From positions 192,680 to 256,679 of the forward strand of contig JAUQWV010000001.1 in the NCBI GenBank assembly GCA_030834985.1: DNA of 64,000 bases. The letters run 5' to 3'. This DNA comes from Candidatus Dojkabacteria bacterium. GTDB taxonomy: Bacteria > Patescibacteriota > Dojkabacteria > J137. The stretch's first letter is position 1; the number at the start of each line of letters is the position of its first letter. Under the pieces are notes generated by a model that ran no database searches, was not told the DNA's origin, and was given only the letters and a program-made list of their open reading frames with translations. Below, one piece after another: positions 29,280 to 38,631 of this stretch. A program made the position numbers and the translations under genes.

Positions 29280-32200
29280 ATGTCTTTTACACATTTACAT
29301 GTACACACAGAGTATTCACTTTTAGATGGTGTTAATAGAATTCCTGCTCTTTTTGCTAAGACACAGGAGCTAGGGATGGAGTCTATTGCATTAACAGATC
29401 ACGGTGTAATGTACGGTGCCGCTGAATTCTGGAAATTATCAAAAGACTTTCATATTAAGCCAATCCTCGGCTGTGAAATTTACGTTTCACCTAAAGAGCG
29501 TGGACTTCGAGAAGCTGTAAATGGTATTAAGTACTATCATCTTGTAATTCTTGCTAAAAATTTGACAGGCTATAGAAACTTGGTAAAGCTTGTATCAATT
29601 GGACAATTAGAAGGTATGTATTATAAGCCAAGAGTAGATCGGGAAACTCTAAGCAAATACTCAGAAGGTTTAATTTGTACATCTGCCTGTATGGCTGGCC
29701 CTTTATCTAAGCATATTTTACGTAATGAGTTAGACAAGGCCGAAGATTGGCTTAAATTTTTAAAATCAACATTTAAAGACAATTTTTATATTGAACTTCA
29801 AAGACATGGATTTGATGGTAGTGATGATTTAAATGGCACTAGTTACTTAGCAGATATATCTTCATTAAACAAAGACGAAGTTGCAGAGGAAGCAATAGAT
29901 GATGTTAATCAGCAAAAATACTGCAATATTAAACTTAGAGAATTTGCCGAAAAATATAAGGTTCCATTAGTTGCTACTACAGATGCGCACTATTTAAATA
30001 AAGACGATAAAAATGTTCAGAGTGTTTTATTTAGTATTAAAGATGGCACACTGTTAAGCGATACAGAATGTCGTAAAGGATACGAGGGCACATACTTACT
30101 TTCTCCTGATGAGATGTTTACAAAGTTTGCTGATGAAAAATCTGCAGTTGAAAATACAATGAAGATTGCAGATCAGATTGAGCCTTTTGGCTTAAAGTTT
30201 GAGCGTGTACAACCTAGATTCTGGAATGTGCCAAAAGGCTCTACTGCTAAAGATGAATTAAAAAAACAAACATATAGTGGCGCAATTAAGCGATATACCA
30301 ACTATCTCGGATTAGAAGACTCAGATAGGAAAAAGAAAAGCTTTGATGAAGCGATTGCTGATATTCAAGAGAATAATTATGTCAAGGCTACTAAATTACT
30401 TGGGCCTGAATTGGTTGAAAGAATTGAATATGAGTTAATGGTTATAGATAAGAAAGGCTACAACGACTACTTTTTAGTTGTTGGTGACTTAATGCAGTTT
30501 GGGAGACGCAACGGTATTCTAGTTGGAGCAAGAGGCTCGGCAGCAGGATCTGTTGTTGCTTACGCACTAGATATCACTAACGCCGAGCCTATACGGTGGG
30601 AATTATACTTTGAAAGATTCTTAAATCTAGAGCGTCCATCACCTCCTGATATTGATATGGATATACAAGACGATAGACGCGATGAAATTATTGAATATGC
30701 AAAGGAAAAATATGGTGAAGAATGCGTAGCTGCTATTTGTACATTTGGAAAGCTTAAAACAAAAGCAGCAATTCGTGATGTATCAAGGGTAATGGGAATT
30801 GATTTAAAAATGGCTGATAAGCTATCTAAAATGGTCACAGTATTATTCGGAAAGCCATTCACAATAGATAAAATGATGGAAACTAGTACTGAGTTCGCAT
30901 CTATTGTAAATGGTGATAGTCAGCTTACTGAAATGACAAATACTGTAAAAAAGATCGACGGTATGGCTAGGCATATTTCTACACATGCAGCCGGATATCT
31001 AATCACACCAGAACCAATTACTGAATATATGGCATTACAGCGAGATTCCAAAGATCCAGATAAAATCATAACCCAAATGGATGGTACCTATGTAGATAAG
31101 CTTGATTTTATGAAGTTTGACTTTTTAGGTTTAAGGACATTAACAATTATAAAAAATGCACTTGAATATATTGAAGCAAGACACGGCATAAAAATTGATA
31201 TTACAAGAATTCCTGAAGACGATAAAGAAGCATTTGCGCTATTTTCAAGGGCGGAGACGATTGGTGTGTTCCAATTTGAGTCTCCGCCCATGCAGCAATT
31301 TTTAAAAGAGCTGCAGCCAGAAAATATTGAAGATATATGTTTCTTGGCTGCAGCCTACAGACCTGGACCAATGAAATATATTCCAGACTATATCTTATGT
31401 AAACACGGTAAAAAGCAGGCTGAATATCTAATTCCTGAGCTTGAACCTATATTAAATAAGACATTTGGATATCCAATTTATCAAGAGCAGCTTCTTAAAA
31501 TCTGTATGGATTTAGCAGGATTCACCTTAGCTGATGGTGATGTTATTAGGAACGCCTTAAAAAAGAAGCAACTAGATATCTTAAAAGAGAAAGAACCATA
31601 CTTTAAAAATAATTTTATGGAAAAGTTTGGTTATTCACAAGATATAGCTAATAAGCTTTGGAAGCAGTTGGAACCTTTTTCTGATTATGGATTTAATAAA
31701 GCTCATTCAGCAAGTTATGCCGTTGTGGCATATTGGTGTGCATACCTCAAGGCACACTATCCGTTGGAATTCATTACTGCTTTAATTCACTCCGACTTAG
31801 AAAACTTAGACAGAGTAAGCATCGACATTCAAGAAGCTAGACGAATGGGATACGATGTTCTTGCTCCAGATATTAATAAGTCTGTTATATATTTTGTTCC
31901 TGGGAATGACAACAGTATTCGATTCGGCTTAGGCGCCATTAAGAATGTTGGAATTAAAGTTTGTGAACGGGTAATTGAAGAACGTAATAATGGTGAATAT
32001 TTAAATCTTGATGATTTTGTTAATAGGGTTGGAACTGAATATGTAAATAAAAGAGCACTTGAAGCTCTAATAAAATCAGGCGCAATGGATGCATTTGGTG
32101 ATCGTAATGCGCTACTTAAAGTAATGGCAGAAGTTTTGCAAAAAGCTAGCAATAAAAATAAAAAGCGTGATGAAGCACAAACAGATCTTTTTGGATTTGG

Positions 32201-32876
32201 ATTGGAAGACAACAGTGGGCAAATCCAGCAGCAGTACTTCGATGCTACTCCGCTACCAGATGTTGAAGCTACAACCGACCACGATAAGATGACTTGGGAA
32301 AAAGAATATCTGGGCTTATTCATTTCAACTCATCCTCTTAATAAATTTTCATGGGTAGAGGTTTTTCCTGATTATGTTTCTGCAAATAAAATCGAAGAAA
32401 TCCGTTCAGGAAAAACCATAAAAATGCTCTGTATGCTTAACTCATTTAAATTTGTTTATACAAAAAAAGATAACTCAAGAATGGCTGTTATGACTTTAGA
32501 AGATATGACAGGTAAAGCGGATGCAGTAATGTTTCCTAATACATTTGAGAAATATAAACAATACTTAAATGAATCTTCAGTATTAATAGTTAGAGGATTA
32601 GTCAATGAGCGCGAAGATAGAAAATCGATTATTATCAATAGCCTAGAACATGCAAATGTTTTAGACGAACCAAAAAAAATAGTTGTTGATATAACTGGAG
32701 TTACCGATAAAGAAGAACTTAATTGCTTAAAAACCGTCTTAACCGACCAAGAGCAACCTACAGAAGTAAAAATTATTTACGGTACTAAAAGCAAACCAAA
32801 AATATTTACTAAGTTTGCAAATTTAAAAGATACAAATACTCGTGAATGTTTAAAAAAATGGGTTATAATTGAGTAG
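29280..32876 (+). CDS. dnaE: DNA polymerase III alpha subunit
   Basis: PHP HLHVHTEYSLLDG, RGSAAGS, PDIDMD, KFDFLGL, FNKAHS, clamp motif QTDLF, OB fold. Confidence 0.98.
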   Translation: MSFTHLHVHTEYSLLDGVNRIPALFAKTQELGMESIALTDHGVMYGAAEFWKLSKDFHIKPILGCEIYVSPKERGLREAVNGIKYYHLVILAKNLTGYRNLVKLVSIGQLEGMYYKPRVDRETLSKYSEGLICTSACMAGPLSKHILRNELDKAEDWLKFLKSTFKDNFYIELQRHGFDGSDDLNGTSYLADISSLNKDEVAEEAIDDVNQQKYCNIKLREFAEKYKVPLVATTDAHYLNKDDKNVQSVLFSIKDGTLLSDTECRKGYEGTYLLSPDEMFTKFADEKSAVENTMKIADQIEPFGLKFERVQPRFWNVPKGSTAKDELKKQTYSGAIKRYTNYLGLEDSDRKKKSFDEAIADIQENNYVKATKLLGPELVERIEYELMVIDKKGYNDYFLVVGDLMQFGRRNGILVGARGSAAGSVVAYALDITNAEPIRWELYFERFLNLERPSPPDIDMDIQDDRRDEIIEYAKEKYGEECVAAICTFGKLKTKAAIRDVSRVMGIDLKMADKLSKMVTVLFGKPFTIDKMMETSTEFASIVNGDSQLTEMTNTVKKIDGMARHISTHAAGYLITPEPITEYMALQRDSKDPDKIITQMDGTYVDKLDFMKFDFLGLRTLTIIKNALEYIEARHGIKIDITRIPEDDKEAFALFSRAETIGVFQFESPPMQQFLKELQPENIEDICFLAAAYRPGPMKYIPDYILCKHGKKQAEYLIPELEPILNKTFGYPIYQEQLLKICMDLAGFTLADGDVIRNALKKKQLDILKEKEPYFKNNFMEKFGYSQDIANKLWKQLEPFSDYGFNKAHSASYAVVAYWCAYLKAHYPLEFITALIHSDLENLDRVSIDIQEARRMGYDVLAPDINKSVIYFVPGNDNSIRFGLGAIKNVGIKVCERVIEERNNGEYLNLDDFVNRVGTEYVNKRALEALIKSGAMDAFGDRNALLKVMAEVLQKASNKNKKRDEAQTDLFGFGLEDNSGQIQQQYFDATPLPDVEATTDHDKMTWEKEYLGLFISTHPLNKFSWVEVFPDYVSANKIEEIRSGKTIKMLCMLNSFKFVYTKKDNSRMAVMTLEDMTGKADAVMFPNTFEKYKQYLNESSVLIVRGLVNEREDRKSIIINSLEHANVLDEPKKIVVDITGVTDKEELNCLKTVLTDQEQPTEVKIIYGTKSKPKIFTKFANLKDTNTRECLKKWVIIE

Positions 32877-33228
32877 AAATTTTCAACTTATGGAGAAACC
32901 AAATAATACAATATTTGAAGTTGATACTACAGTACTAAAAGAACCTTTCAATAATTTACCCACTATATTAAAGAAAGCACTAGAAAATTCTCACGAAATT
33001 GAAAAAGTTGTTGGTAATATTACTGAATTCAATAATGATATTAATAAAATAATAAATTCACTTATAACTGGCAATATAGGTAAATCTGAATTAAATTTAC
33101 TAAAACATAATTACTATGTTTTGGTAACAGTCCTTCCTGAGCATGAAAAGCTAATAGACGATTTAATTATATACTTATCGGAAAAATCAGGAGTAGTCCC
33201 TCATTTAAAAGATAAATTATCTGCTTAA
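32869..33228 (+). CDS. Hypothetical protein
   Basis: ORF after dnaE; the start could be ATG 32890. Confidence 0.6.
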   Translation: MSRNFQLMEKPNNTIFEVDTTVLKEPFNNLPTILKKALENSHEIEKVVGNITEFNNDINKIINSLITGNIGKSELNLLKHNYYVLVTVLPEHEKLIDDLIIYLSEKSGVVPHLKDKLSA

Positions 33229-33254
33229 CTTCTTATTTGTTATTCCAATCAAAT

Positions 33255-34037
33255 ATGTCTAGTAACGGTTTGTTTAGGGAATCAGTAGATTATAGAGCTT
33301 TGCAACCAATGTCTCCTGGATCTAAAAGATTTTGTGATTTGCTAAGAGAGCCAGGCAATGCTGCTTCCGATCAAGAACAACAAGCATTTAATACAATTGC
33401 AGATGAACTAGAAAAGTTCTTAAAAAATAGATCAGAAGCTTCTGAAGAAATATTTGATGAAGCGTACCAAACTATTACAGCTCTAATTACAGATAGTACA
33501 CCGCACTATGTTGTTGAAATGCTTGAACTATGTAGAACGGTGGTAGCATCTTGTATTGGTAGTAAGCCATTTGAAGATGATATTTTACAGTTTTTAAATT
33601 CATTAAATATTTTAACTGGCGAAGAGCTTGTAAGCGCATTAGTAGATAAAACTGAAGTTCCAGCAGAAGTAATCGAATCAATGAGAAGATTAAAACCGCT
33701 CGTAAGTGAGTTGATAGCAATAAAACGTAGAGCCGAAATCGGCAATACTACATTTGAGCAGAGCGATATACCAAGCAAACTAGAGCATTTAATAGCTAAA
33801 ATCAGTGAAGAAATCGAGATTTGCGGAGGATTTTTAAGTTCTGAATACTTTGCCACACAAATATTAGCTAATTTAAGATTTTTAGATACAGCCTTGAAGG
33901 GAATAGAAGAAAGACACCGGAGATTAGCAGATACAAGTGCAGAAATTATTCAAGCTAGCGATTATTTACAAAAACAGATTATTCAAAATGCGCCTAAAGC
34001 AATAGAGGAACCATGCGAACTTGTAGACGAAGCTTAA
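33255..34037 (+). CDS. Hypothetical acidic alpha-helical protein
   Basis: Long ORF ending at a terminator; first in-frame ATG at 33255. Confidence 0.7.
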   Translation: MSSNGLFRESVDYRALQPMSPGSKRFCDLLREPGNAASDQEQQAFNTIADELEKFLKNRSEASEEIFDEAYQTITALITDSTPHYVVEMLELCRTVVASCIGSKPFEDDILQFLNSLNILTGEELVSALVDKTEVPAEVIESMRRLKPLVSELIAIKRRAEIGNTTFEQSDIPSKLEHLIAKISEEIEICGGFLSSEYFATQILANLRFLDTALKGIEERHRRLADTSAEIIQASDYLQKQIIQNAPKAIEEPCELVDEA

Positions 34038-34064
34038 AAAAGGGCTCCTTTCAGGAGCCCTTTT
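34038..34064. terminator. Bidirectional intrinsic terminator
   Basis: AAAAGGGCTCCT-TTC-AGGAGCCCTTTT perfect hairpin between convergent genes, downstream of dnaK. Confidence 0.9.
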
Positions 34065-34084
34065 AAATCATCATAAATTTAACT

Positions 34085-36004
34085 TTATTCAATTACTTCT
34101 CCTTCAGCCGGCTCATCTTTTTTCTTATCATTATTATCACTATTAGTATTACTGCTATCGGCTTCTGAAGTGTTAGCCGCTGCATTTGGATCTTCCTGAT
34201 ATATTTTGCTACCTGCATCTTGTGTTTTTTGTACTAATTCATCGTATGCTTTTTTAACTTCATCAACATTAAAGTCTTCCTTGGATATCATATCTTTTAA
34301 GGCCACTGATTTATCGGTTAATTCTTTTTTTAAGTCTTCACCTATTTTGTCACCATAATCTTTAACTAACTTCTCAGTTTGATAAACCAATGTTTCAGCC
34401 TCATTTTTAGTCTTTAATCTATTTAGAATTTCGTCATCTTTTGCCTTGTTTTCAGCAGCTTCCTTTACTCTTCTATCAATTTCTTCTTGATCTAAGTGAG
34501 TAGAGGCCGTAATAGTAATACTCTGCTCTTTTTCTGTTTTTACATCTTTAGCCTTAACATTCAAAATTCCATTTGCATCCAGCTTAAAGGTAATAGCAAA
34601 TCTTGGCACACCTCTTGGTGCAGGAGGAATATCCTCTAACCTAAAGCTTCCTAGCACTTTATTATCTTTTGCTAATGGCCTTTCACCTTGAAGTACTTTT
34701 ACATCTATTGCAGGTTGATTATCAACTGCTGTTGTAAACATATCCTCTGTTTTTTCAGTCGGAATTGTTGTATTTCTAGGGATAATTACATGCATTTCAC
34801 CCATATTAACTTCAAGACCTAGCGATAGTGGAGTTACGTCCAATAGAGTAATATCCTGTACGCTAGAATCTCCTGCCAATACTGCAGCTTGGATAGCAGC
34901 ACCAACTGCTACAACTTCATCAGGATTTACAGATTGATTTGGCTTTTTACCAAAGAACTCCTCTACTTTCTTAATTACTAAAGGCATTCTTGTCATACCG
35001 CCAACCATTATTACTTCTTCAATATCTGACTTATTTAAGCCCGCATCTGTTATTGCTTTTTGTACAGAATCAAAAGTTTTATCTACTAATTCGCCAACTA
35101 AGTTTTCGAACTGAGCACGTGTTAACTGCAGTCTAAAATGCTTAGGTCCTTTTGCATCCGCAGTAATGTATGGTAAATTCACATCTGTTGCCTCAGAGCT
35201 AGATAATGCAACTTTTGCTTTTTCAGCAGCTTCCTTTAATCTTTGTAGAGCTGCTGCATCTTCTTTTAGATCTATTCCCTGCTCTTTTTTAAATTCTGCA
35301 ATAAAGTAGTCGATCAGTTTCTGATCAAAGTCGTCTCCACCTAAGTGTGTATCACCTGCTGTTGATTTAACTTCATAAACTCCATCTCCGATATCTAATA
35401 TCGAAATATCAAATGTACCACCACCTAAGTCGTATACCGCAATAGTTTGGTCTCCTTTTTTATCCAATCCATAAGCAATTGCAGCAGCAGTAGGCTCGTT
35501 GATAATTCTTTTTACGTCAAAGCCGGCGATTTTGCCAGCGTTCTTAGTTGCTTGCCTTTGTGAATCATCAAAATACGCCGGCACAGTAATAACGGCATCT
35601 GTAATCGGTTCACCTAAATAAGCTTCAGCATCTGTCTTTATTTTAGCTAATACTTTTGCCGAGATAACTTCTGGAGCAATCCATTCGTTACCAAATTGAA
35701 TTTCAACCCCACCTTTATCGCTTTTTCTTATTTGAAAAGGTAATAATTCTAAGTCTTTCTGTACCTCAACATCCTCAAACCTTCGGCCAATCAACCTTTT
35801 AATTGAATAAAAGGTTTGTTCTGGATTTGTAACCATCTGGTTTTTTGCGGTTATACCTACAATCTCACTTGTGTTATCGATTGCTACAACTGAAGGTATA
35901 AGGCGAGATCCTTCTTTACTAGTAATAACTTCAGGTTTACCTGCCTGTACAAAAGCAACAGCAGAGTTTGTTGTACCTAAGTCAATTCCAACTACTTTTC
36001 CCAT
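34085..36004 (-). CDS. dnaK: Chaperone DnaK
   Basis: [37 protein letters not shown]. Confidence 0.98.
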   Translation of the reverse strand: MGKVVGIDLGTTNSAVAFVQAGKPEVITSKEGSRLIPSVVAIDNTSEIVGITAKNQMVTNPEQTFYSIKRLIGRRFEDVEVQKDLELLPFQIRKSDKGGVEIQFGNEWIAPEVISAKVLAKIKTDAEAYLGEPITDAVITVPAYFDDSQRQATKNAGKIAGFDVKRIINEPTAAAIAYGLDKKGDQTIAVYDLGGGTFDISILDIGDGVYEVKSTAGDTHLGGDDFDQKLIDYFIAEFKKEQGIDLKEDAAALQRLKEAAEKAKVALSSSEATDVNLPYITADAKGPKHFRLQLTRAQFENLVGELVDKTFDSVQKAITDAGLNKSDIEEVIMVGGMTRMPLVIKKVEEFFGKKPNQSVNPDEVVAVGAAIQAAVLAGDSSVQDITLLDVTPLSLGLEVNMGEMHVIIPRNTTIPTEKTEDMFTTAVDNQPAIDVKVLQGERPLAKDNKVLGSFRLEDIPPAPRGVPRFAITFKLDANGILNVKAKDVKTEKEQSITITASTHLDQEEIDRRVKEAAENKAKDDEILNRLKTKNEAETLVYQTEKLVKDYGDKIGEDLKKELTDKSVALKDMISKEDFNVDEVKKAYDELVQKTQDAGSKIYQEDPNAAANTSEADSSNTNSDNNDKKKDEPAEGEVIE

Positions 36005-36032
36005 ATATAAAACTTTAATATCTTAATTTAAA

Positions 36033-36073
36033 TTAGCACTCTAATTCTATACCTGCTAATTTAACATTGTCAA
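36033..36073 (-). promoter_or_regulatory. CIRCE-like operator overlapping the dnaK promoter
   Basis: Plus strand TTAGCACTC-N9-ACCTGCTAA (36033-36059). Minus strand TTGACA (36068-36073), 18 nt, TAGAAT (36044-36049). Confidence 0.85.
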
Positions 36074-36231
36074 ATAAATTTACCTAATATAGCGAATAAT
36101 ACCAGCAGTAATGCAAAACCAATAGCCATTAATATTACCACTATATTTCCTATCTTTCGGTTTGCTTTCTTAACTGTTTTTTCTACTTTGTTTATATCTT
36201 TGGCGATCTCGTGCCTAACCTCTGGGTCCAT
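36070..36231 (-). CDS. 53-aa protein with C-terminal TM helix (not in the ORF track)
   Basis: Hand translation MDPEVRHEIAKDINKVEKTVKKANRKIGNIVVILMAIGFALLLVLFAILGKFI*; fills the gap, 8 bp after the previous stop. Confidence 0.75.
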   Translation of the reverse strand: MDPEVRHEIAKDINKVEKTVKKANRKIGNIVVILMAIGFALLLVLFAILGKFI

Positions 36232-36239
36232 AATTAGAA

Positions 36240-36884
36240 TTAAATTTCAACTAATGAGTTAATAAATCTAATAAAGTGTGTTCTCATTTTACACTTAGGC
36301 TTTTGCAATGCTAAATCAATTATCTGTTCGTGTTCATCTGCAGTTAAACCTACTGAAGCGATGTAATGTATCAAATTCCTATAATTAATTTCCGATGGAT
36401 TGTTTGGAGCTAACAAGCATATTGCTTTTTCTAATGCAGAGTAAGGAACATCGGGCGATAAAGTCATAACATTACTGATAATTTTTAAAGTATTATCAAG
36501 GTCATGCATTAACAGTATGTTAAGAATCGCACCTTCTATTGACTCTGGTCTAAGCCCTTTTATAGCTTGAAGAGTTTGAATCTGCGCTAAAAGATCATTA
36601 TATGGATTCTCTTTATAGTGTTCTAATTCGTCATGAGCAAATTTTAAATGTGCTTTTGACGCTGCAACAATTAAACGCATAAGTATTCTATTACTTATGC
36701 TGAAAAGTTCTTCTTCTGAAAGTCCAAGCAGCCAGTTAACATCCAAAGATATTCCGTTATTGCGAAAAAACTCTGCATCAGCTTCGCTTTGCCCCCCTCT
36801 AAAGTTTAACTGAAATCGCGAAATAACATTGATTTTAGATTGAGTTATTGCATCGTAGACCTTTGTCCAATTATCTTCAACCAT
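36240..36884 (-). CDS. Hypothetical protein
   Basis: 214-aa ORF 5 bp downstream of grpE. Confidence 0.7.
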   Translation of the reverse strand: MVEDNWTKVYDAITQSKINVISRFQLNFRGGQSEADAEFFRNNGISLDVNWLLGLSEEELFSISNRILMRLIVAASKAHLKFAHDELEHYKENPYNDLLAQIQTLQAIKGLRPESIEGAILNILLMHDLDNTLKIISNVMTLSPDVPYSALEKAICLLAPNNPSEINYRNLIHYIASVGLTADEHEQIIDLALQKPKCKMRTHFIRFINSLVEI

Positions 36885-36889
36885 AATGT

Positions 36890-37834
36890 TTATTTTCCGA
36901 CAACTACTTTAGCCGGTTTTAATATAAAGTCTTTGTCTTTATATTTAAAAGCAGATGAAACTACAGCAACTACTTTGTTTTTTTGTTCTTCTGAAGCTGG
37001 AATTGCAGAGACTGCTTCCATTTTTTCTTTATCAAATTCTTCGCCAACTTGAACATTAATTATCTCAATACCTACTGCAGCTGCAGCTAGAAGTATTTTA
37101 TCCTGAGCAGATTTTAGAGACACCTTTGCATGCTCAAGATTTAGGTTTTCATCATTAAGTGCCAGGTGTAAATCATCGTAGATTTCAAGCATCTCACGTA
37201 TTAATCCCATATTCGAAATTGCACCCCAAGTTGACCTTTCCTGATCAATTCTTTTTTGATAATTCTGAAAGTCAGCCATAACTTGTATTCTTTTCATACG
37301 CTCTTCTTCTAGTTGAGCTTGAAGCCGTAGCATATCTGTTTCACCATTAACCTGTTCTTTAACTTCATCCATATCTTCAAGTGCAGGTTCTGAAATAGGG
37401 ACTATGTAAAGTATTACAGGCGCATCTTTTTCAAGAATCTCTAATTTGTTATGCAGTTGCTGTTTAACAACATTATTATTATTTAGCGCATCAAATCTTT
37501 TTTTAAAATCTTCAAAGTTTTCAACTTTGTAATAAACAGCATAATGGTGATTATTGTGATTATGGATATGAGGTTTAGCAATTTTAAAATCTACTAACTC
37601 AAAATCTTCTAGTTTAACTGGATTATTAAGTTTGTATAAGGTTCCTCTTTCATCTTCAAATTCGGGATTACCTATATTATCAGCTTCCTTTTTACTTTTC
37701 TGGTACTCTTCTAAATTGTATGTAAACATTGTTAAATGATCCAAAATCATTGGATAGCCATTAAAGTATCTGTTTTTCAAATCTAAACTGGATTGAAATA
37801 TATCTGAAACTTGTTCTAAAAAACTTTTTTCCAT
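36890..37834 (-). CDS. grpE: Nucleotide exchange factor GrpE with long N-terminal extra domain
   Basis: C-terminal ADFQNYQKR, GEEFD..EAV, ILKPAKVVV; located between hrcA and dnaK. Confidence 0.88.
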   Translation of the reverse strand: MEKSFLEQVSDIFQSSLDLKNRYFNGYPMILDHLTMFTYNLEEYQKSKKEADNIGNPEFEDERGTLYKLNNPVKLEDFELVDFKIAKPHIHNHNNHHYAVYYKVENFEDFKKRFDALNNNNVVKQQLHNKLEILEKDAPVILYIVPISEPALEDMDEVKEQVNGETDMLRLQAQLEEERMKRIQVMADFQNYQKRIDQERSTWGAISNMGLIREMLEIYDDLHLALNDENLNLEHAKVSLKSAQDKILLAAAAVGIEIINVQVGEEFDKEKMEAVSAIPASEEQKNKVVAVVSSAFKYKDKDFILKPAKVVVGK

Positions 37835-37837
37835 AAC

Positions 37838-38569
37838 TTAGGCGCTTAATAAATATCTAATAGTGTCAGTTATATATTTTACAGCAGGAATAATGTTTAA
37901 GTAATCCATTCTATTAGGCCCGATTACCGCTATGTATCCACGCTGTGAATTCATTACACGTATTTCTGAAAATATTACAGCATAATCTGTGAATAGTGAA
38001 TTTTCAGCTTCTTCTCCAATAATTATATTTATTTCGTCATCCGAAGTACCTTTGTTTAGGATCTCAGAAAGAGTAAAGTAATCTTCCATCAATTTTAAGA
38101 TTCTTCTTAAGTTATCGTATTCTTTAAATTCAGGTATATTTACCATCTCCGATAAGCCAGCATAGTAAAGTTCGTTCTCTATAATTGCTACTGAAGGATT
38201 TAGAGATAATCTAGAAAGCTCAAACATCGCTTTTCTAATCAAATTTTTTGTATTTGGCCGTAAACCGTATAGCTCTTCTTTAATCTTCTCTTTAGTAACT
38301 TCGTCAATTTGGTTAAGTTCTTCGGTAGAAAGCGATTCAATAAAAAAGCGCCATCCTTTAGTTGTTGGGATTCGTCCGCCGCTATTATGTTTTTGGAATA
38401 AATATCCTAAGTTGACTAATGCTGCCATTTCATTACGAATAGTAGCAGGGCTTAAATCAAGCTTATACTTACTTTGAAGACTAATTGAGCCTACAGCCTC
38501 AGCGGTTTTAGTAAATTCTCTAATGATGCTTAAAAGCAGGTCTTGTTGTCTTTGAGTTAGTTCGGACAT
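37838..38569 (-). CDS. hrcA: Heat-inducible repressor HrcA (short form)
   Basis: LTQRQ, SPATIRNEM, H.SGGRIPT.KGWR, IGPNRMDY. Confidence 0.93.
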   Translation of the reverse strand: MSELTQRQQDLLLSIIREFTKTAEAVGSISLQSKYKLDLSPATIRNEMAALVNLGYLFQKHNSGGRIPTTKGWRFFIESLSTEELNQIDEVTKEKIKEELYGLRPNTKNLIRKAMFELSRLSLNPSVAIIENELYYAGLSEMVNIPEFKEYDNLRRILKLMEDYFTLSEILNKGTSDDEINIIIGEEAENSLFTDYAVIFSEIRVMNSQRGYIAVIGPNRMDYLNIIPAVKYITDTIRYLLSA

Positions 38570-38604
38570 TATTGTTACTTAAAACTGTTCAAGTTTACCA
38601 CACA

Positions 38605-38631
38605 TTGGCACAATCCGTTAACACCTGCTAA
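38605..38631 (-). promoter_or_regulatory. Second CIRCE-like operator upstream of hrcA
   Basis: Plus strand TTGGCACAA-N9-ACCTGCTAA. Extended -10 TGGTAAACT lies just downstream on the minus strand. Confidence 0.65.

Noticed and set aside
29280-32876. Intein in DnaE
   Set aside because: The insertions are short and lack Cys/Ser..His-Asn splice motifs; total length is normal.
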